This document shows, piece after piece, positions 38,544-41,303 of a DNA stretch of 41,303 nucleotides; within the stretch, counting starts at the first letter, position 1; each line of letters starts with the position of its first letter. The position numbers and the translations under genes are program-made. The DNA lies in NCBI GenBank assembly GCA_965369655.1, contig CBDUQR010000025.1, positions 1-41,303 on the forward strand. Direction: 5' to 3'. The notes under the pieces are model-generated. The model was not told the origin of the DNA. It made no database searches and saw nothing but the letters and a program-made list of their open reading frames with translations. The DNA comes from an uncultured bacterium. Lineage in GTDB: Bacteria; Zixibacteria; MSB-5A5; JAABVY01; JAHJOQ01.

Positions 38544-41234
38544 TCAGCAGCCCGAGCAGGGCTCCGGGCCACCGGCGAATATATATTGAATCAGGAATAC
38601 AACATCATCAATGTCGATTTCTCCTGAGCAATCAGCATCACCGACCCAGTACGGATCCGGCGCAGGCCCACCCGCAAATATGTAGTTAATCAGGAAGACG
38701 ACGTCATCGATATCGACACCTCCGGACCCGTCAGCATCGCCACAGATATCGATGGGTGTCATCTCGAAATTCGTATCTGACGTGTCTCGCGCCTCCACAG
38801 ATATGTCCGGGACTTCCAGGCTATGATATTCTGCCTTCGTTGCACTAATCCAGTAATCCCCCGGCCAGAGCTCATCGAAGTCGTACATGCCCGACTCGTT
38901 TGTCGTGGTCGACGATATCGTCGATGATCCCTGCATCAGATCGATAGAAACATCAGTTATGGTAATATGCCGGACAGCATCCGTCACTACACCCGCGATC
39001 GATCCACGATTGTACGCCAGATCGAAGTCGACGGTCGTAGTCTGCGTCGCGACCACTTCGACATCAACTTCTATTTTGGTTTCATAGTACGCGTCAGTCG
39101 CCCGAACATCGTATGTGCCGGGAGCAACGCCATCGAACTGATAGCTTCCACCACCAGACGAAATATCAGTGTCTATCACTGTTGAACCAGTCATGAGGTC
39201 AACGGTGACGCCATCAAGTGAGACACTCGTAACTGAATCAATTACAGTACCGTCGACAGTACCGGCATCAGCACCGAGAACAACAACTTTGACCAGCGTG
39301 CTGAAATCGCACCAACTCCATTCGGTATTCTGACCTTTGACTCGATAGTAATAGGTGCCCTGTGGCTGTCCCGTGATATCATAGAAAAGCGAGATCACAG
39401 AACTCGACAGGGTGTTGATCGTGTTGTAGAATACAGCAGGATACATATCATCGACGTACATGCCCTCTTCGAGAGTATACGAATCGGTTGTGTATCTGAA
39501 CCTGATGAAGATAGATTCCCTTTCGTAGTCTTCGAGAGAAAACGCCTGCCTGATCCATCCGCCGGAAGCGCCGGTATAGAGTTCGAGTATATCGAACTCG
39601 CGGCCATCGGTGGAAACCTCGACATAACCGTAATCCCAGTCGGTCTCTATATCGTACCATGTCCAGAATGTCAGCGAATCGCCCGGCTCGACGAAATACG
39701 GATGAACCGACGTCAGAGCATCGGCCACTTCATCATCATAACTCGACTTGAAAGACTTGCTGCCCGAATGGTAACGCGCGGTGGAAACGGTGAATCCATC
39801 GAGAGACCAGCGATTCGTGGAGCCTTCGGCGCCCTCGGTCACAACATCGAGTCCGGTCAGTTCGTCGATCTGCCAGAATATCGGCATGGCATCAGGATTG
39901 ACCTGAGTCCAATTAACAGTATAATCACCTGTCAGGCTCGTATCAGGAGCAGTAACAATCGGCGGAATCACTCTCGGAGTCAGATCGCTGCGGATGCTGC
40001 CAGCCTGTTCGAGCATATAGAACGCACCATCAAAATTTTCCCTGACGATCTGCGCAAGGTGAACCGTCGGCGGCTGAAACTGCTGGCCAATCTCGACCGT
40101 ATAGAACAGAAAATCAGCGCCATCAACATAATGGTGATATCCATAAACCCAGTCGGTAGCGTCACCGGTCGTGGGATAAAGCTGAGCAGACTGCTGTGGA
40201 AGGTATGTTCCGGTGTAATCTTCCTGGGCTATCAGGTTGGCAATGCCCGTACCGAGATCGGCAATATAATCGCTGTTCGGCGCGGAATAGTATCCGTATG
40301 CCCATGACCAGATGACCATTTCCCCGTGAGTGTGGAATGTCAAACCAGCCACGAAATCTCTTGTCGCTATGAAATCTCGCTCCACCGAGGTCTCCGCTTC
40401 AGAGAATGGACTCGGACCGCAATACACCGATGAACTCGGATCGTGTGTAATATTACCGATCGTCGTTCCCCATTCACCTTCGGGATGACCGTCAGTGGAA
40501 CCAGCATAGTTTCTGTTCAGATCGACTCCGACAGTGCCATATTCCGGGAACGGCCTGCGGTTCTTGCGCCAGTCGATCCCCAAATCATGCGAGTAGACAT
40601 ATCCATCCGGATTAAGACATGGAATAAAGTAAATCTCCCGACTGTTGACCTGCAAAGTGACCGCCGGATCTGAACCATAGGCACTGGTGAGACTGTCCAG
40701 AATAAACATGCTGACGACAAGGCTCGGCCATTCGCGGGCATGAGTCAAACCTGTATACAGCACCTCTGCCTCATCTTCGTCGATTTCAACATTGTCGGAA
40801 AGTTTCACGACCTGAATAGGCCGACCCTCGTAGGACCAGCCGATAGTGTCCATTATGCAGAGAGTTGGATAATTACTTACGATGTCGTGTAGATCAGTCT
40901 GGAATTCTGCCCATGTCGGATACGATTCAGCGGCTTCCCGCATCAACTCATCGACATTCTTGTGCAACAATTGCACAAAAAGACCGCGAGCGACAAGATC
41001 ATCGATCTGTGCATCGGTGACAACCGCGTCAACCCATTCGCCCGGCTTATGTCCGGGTATATCGAGACCTCTCGGCAGAAGGTCCGCCTCTGTTTTGTCT
41101 GTAACCTGAATTCTAACAAGGTTTTTGGCGTCGCCCGCGCCAAGTGAGTCGGGCGGCATGAGAAAAATCGCGCAGAAAATAATGAGTATCGCACATGTCG
41201 ATCCAAGCCTGAAAATACCCGTTGTCTTGGACAT
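38544..41234 (-). CDS. Secreted M14 carboxypeptidase T-like enzyme with accessory beta domains and dockerin-like C-terminus
   Basis: THAREW, LNPDGY, WRKN, VDLNRNY, FSEAET, TFHTHG, TVEIG; GGAGGA RBS; terminal GDADGSGGVDIDDVVFLI repeats. Confidence 0.92.
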   Translation of the reverse strand: MSKTTGIFRLGSTCAILIIFCAIFLMPPDSLGAGDAKNLVRIQVTDKTEADLLPRGLDIPGHKPGEWVDAVVTDAQIDDLVARGLFVQLLHKNVDELMREAAESYPTWAEFQTDLHDIVSNYPTLCIMDTIGWSYEGRPIQVVKLSDNVEIDEDEAEVLYTGLTHAREWPSLVVSMFILDSLTSAYGSDPAVTLQVNSREIYFIPCLNPDGYVYSHDLGIDWRKNRRPFPEYGTVGVDLNRNYAGSTDGHPEGEWGTTIGNITHDPSSSVYCGPSPFSEAETSVERDFIATRDFVAGLTFHTHGEMVIWSWAYGYYSAPNSDYIADLGTGIANLIAQEDYTGTYLPQQSAQLYPTTGDATDWVYGYHHYVDGADFLFYTVEIGQQFQPPTVHLAQIVRENFDGAFYMLEQAGSIRSDLTPRVIPPIVTAPDTSLTGDYTVNWTQVNPDAMPIFWQIDELTGLDVVTEGAEGSTNRWSLDGFTVSTARYHSGSKSFKSSYDDEVADALTSVHPYFVEPGDSLTFWTWYDIETDWDYGYVEVSTDGREFDILELYTGASGGWIRQAFSLEDYERESIFIRFRYTTDSYTLEEGMYVDDMYPAVFYNTINTLSSSVISLFYDITGQPQGTYYYRVKGQNTEWSWCDFSTLVKVVVLGADAGTVDGTVIDSVTSVSLDGVTVDLMTGSTVIDTDISSGGGSYQFDGVAPGTYDVRATDAYYETKIEVDVEVVATQTTTVDFDLAYNRGSIAGVVTDAVRHITITDVSIDLMQGSSTISSTTTNESGMYDFDELWPGDYWISATKAEYHSLEVPDISVEARDTSDTNFEMTPIDICGDADGSGGVDIDDVVFLINYIFAGGPAPDPYWVGDADCSGEIDIDDVVFLIQYIFAGGPEPCSGC

Positions 41235-41303
41235 AGTTCCTCCGAATCATACTTTGATAGAAATTGCAAGCATCAAGTCAAAATCAGTCCTGTATGTACA
41301 GGG

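Overview
Bacterial genomic window, most likely from a Zixibacteria/FCB-related diderm. This is inferred from the fused lpxC-fabZ next to lpxA and from many secreted proteins ending in the paired 'GDADGSG.VDIDDVVYLI.YIF.GGP.P' dockerin-like module. Left part: TPR-thioredoxin, YiiX-like enzyme, lpxA, lpxC-fabZ, an MIO-type ammonia-lyase with an Ala-Cys-Gly triad, a SLOG-like/ART-like hypothetical gene, a dense field of palindromic repeats, and three polysaccharide-related genes. Directly after tRNA-Ser(UGA) lies an integrase-less accessory island: a GHKL(MORC-like) ATPase/PD-(D/E)xK nuclease fusion with an SPPY DNA methyltransferase; a THUMP RNA methyltransferase flanked by two unannotated Lys-rich 'MGDKG' micro-ORFs; and a type IV (AbiE-like) toxin-antitoxin pair. 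These modules, and a separate AT-rich pentapeptide-repeat gene, are each delimited by same-orientation copies of one GTAG-type REP/REPIN, resembling a cassette array. Right part: TIGR00300-like enzyme, LeuC/HacA-like large subunit, two gene remnants, and a cluster of dockerin-bearing secreted proteins (two M14 carboxypeptidases, a C25 gingipain-like protease and a putative cohesin/BACON scaffold) suggesting a cellulosome-like proteolytic assembly. All family calls come from motif recognition by eye; no searches were run.
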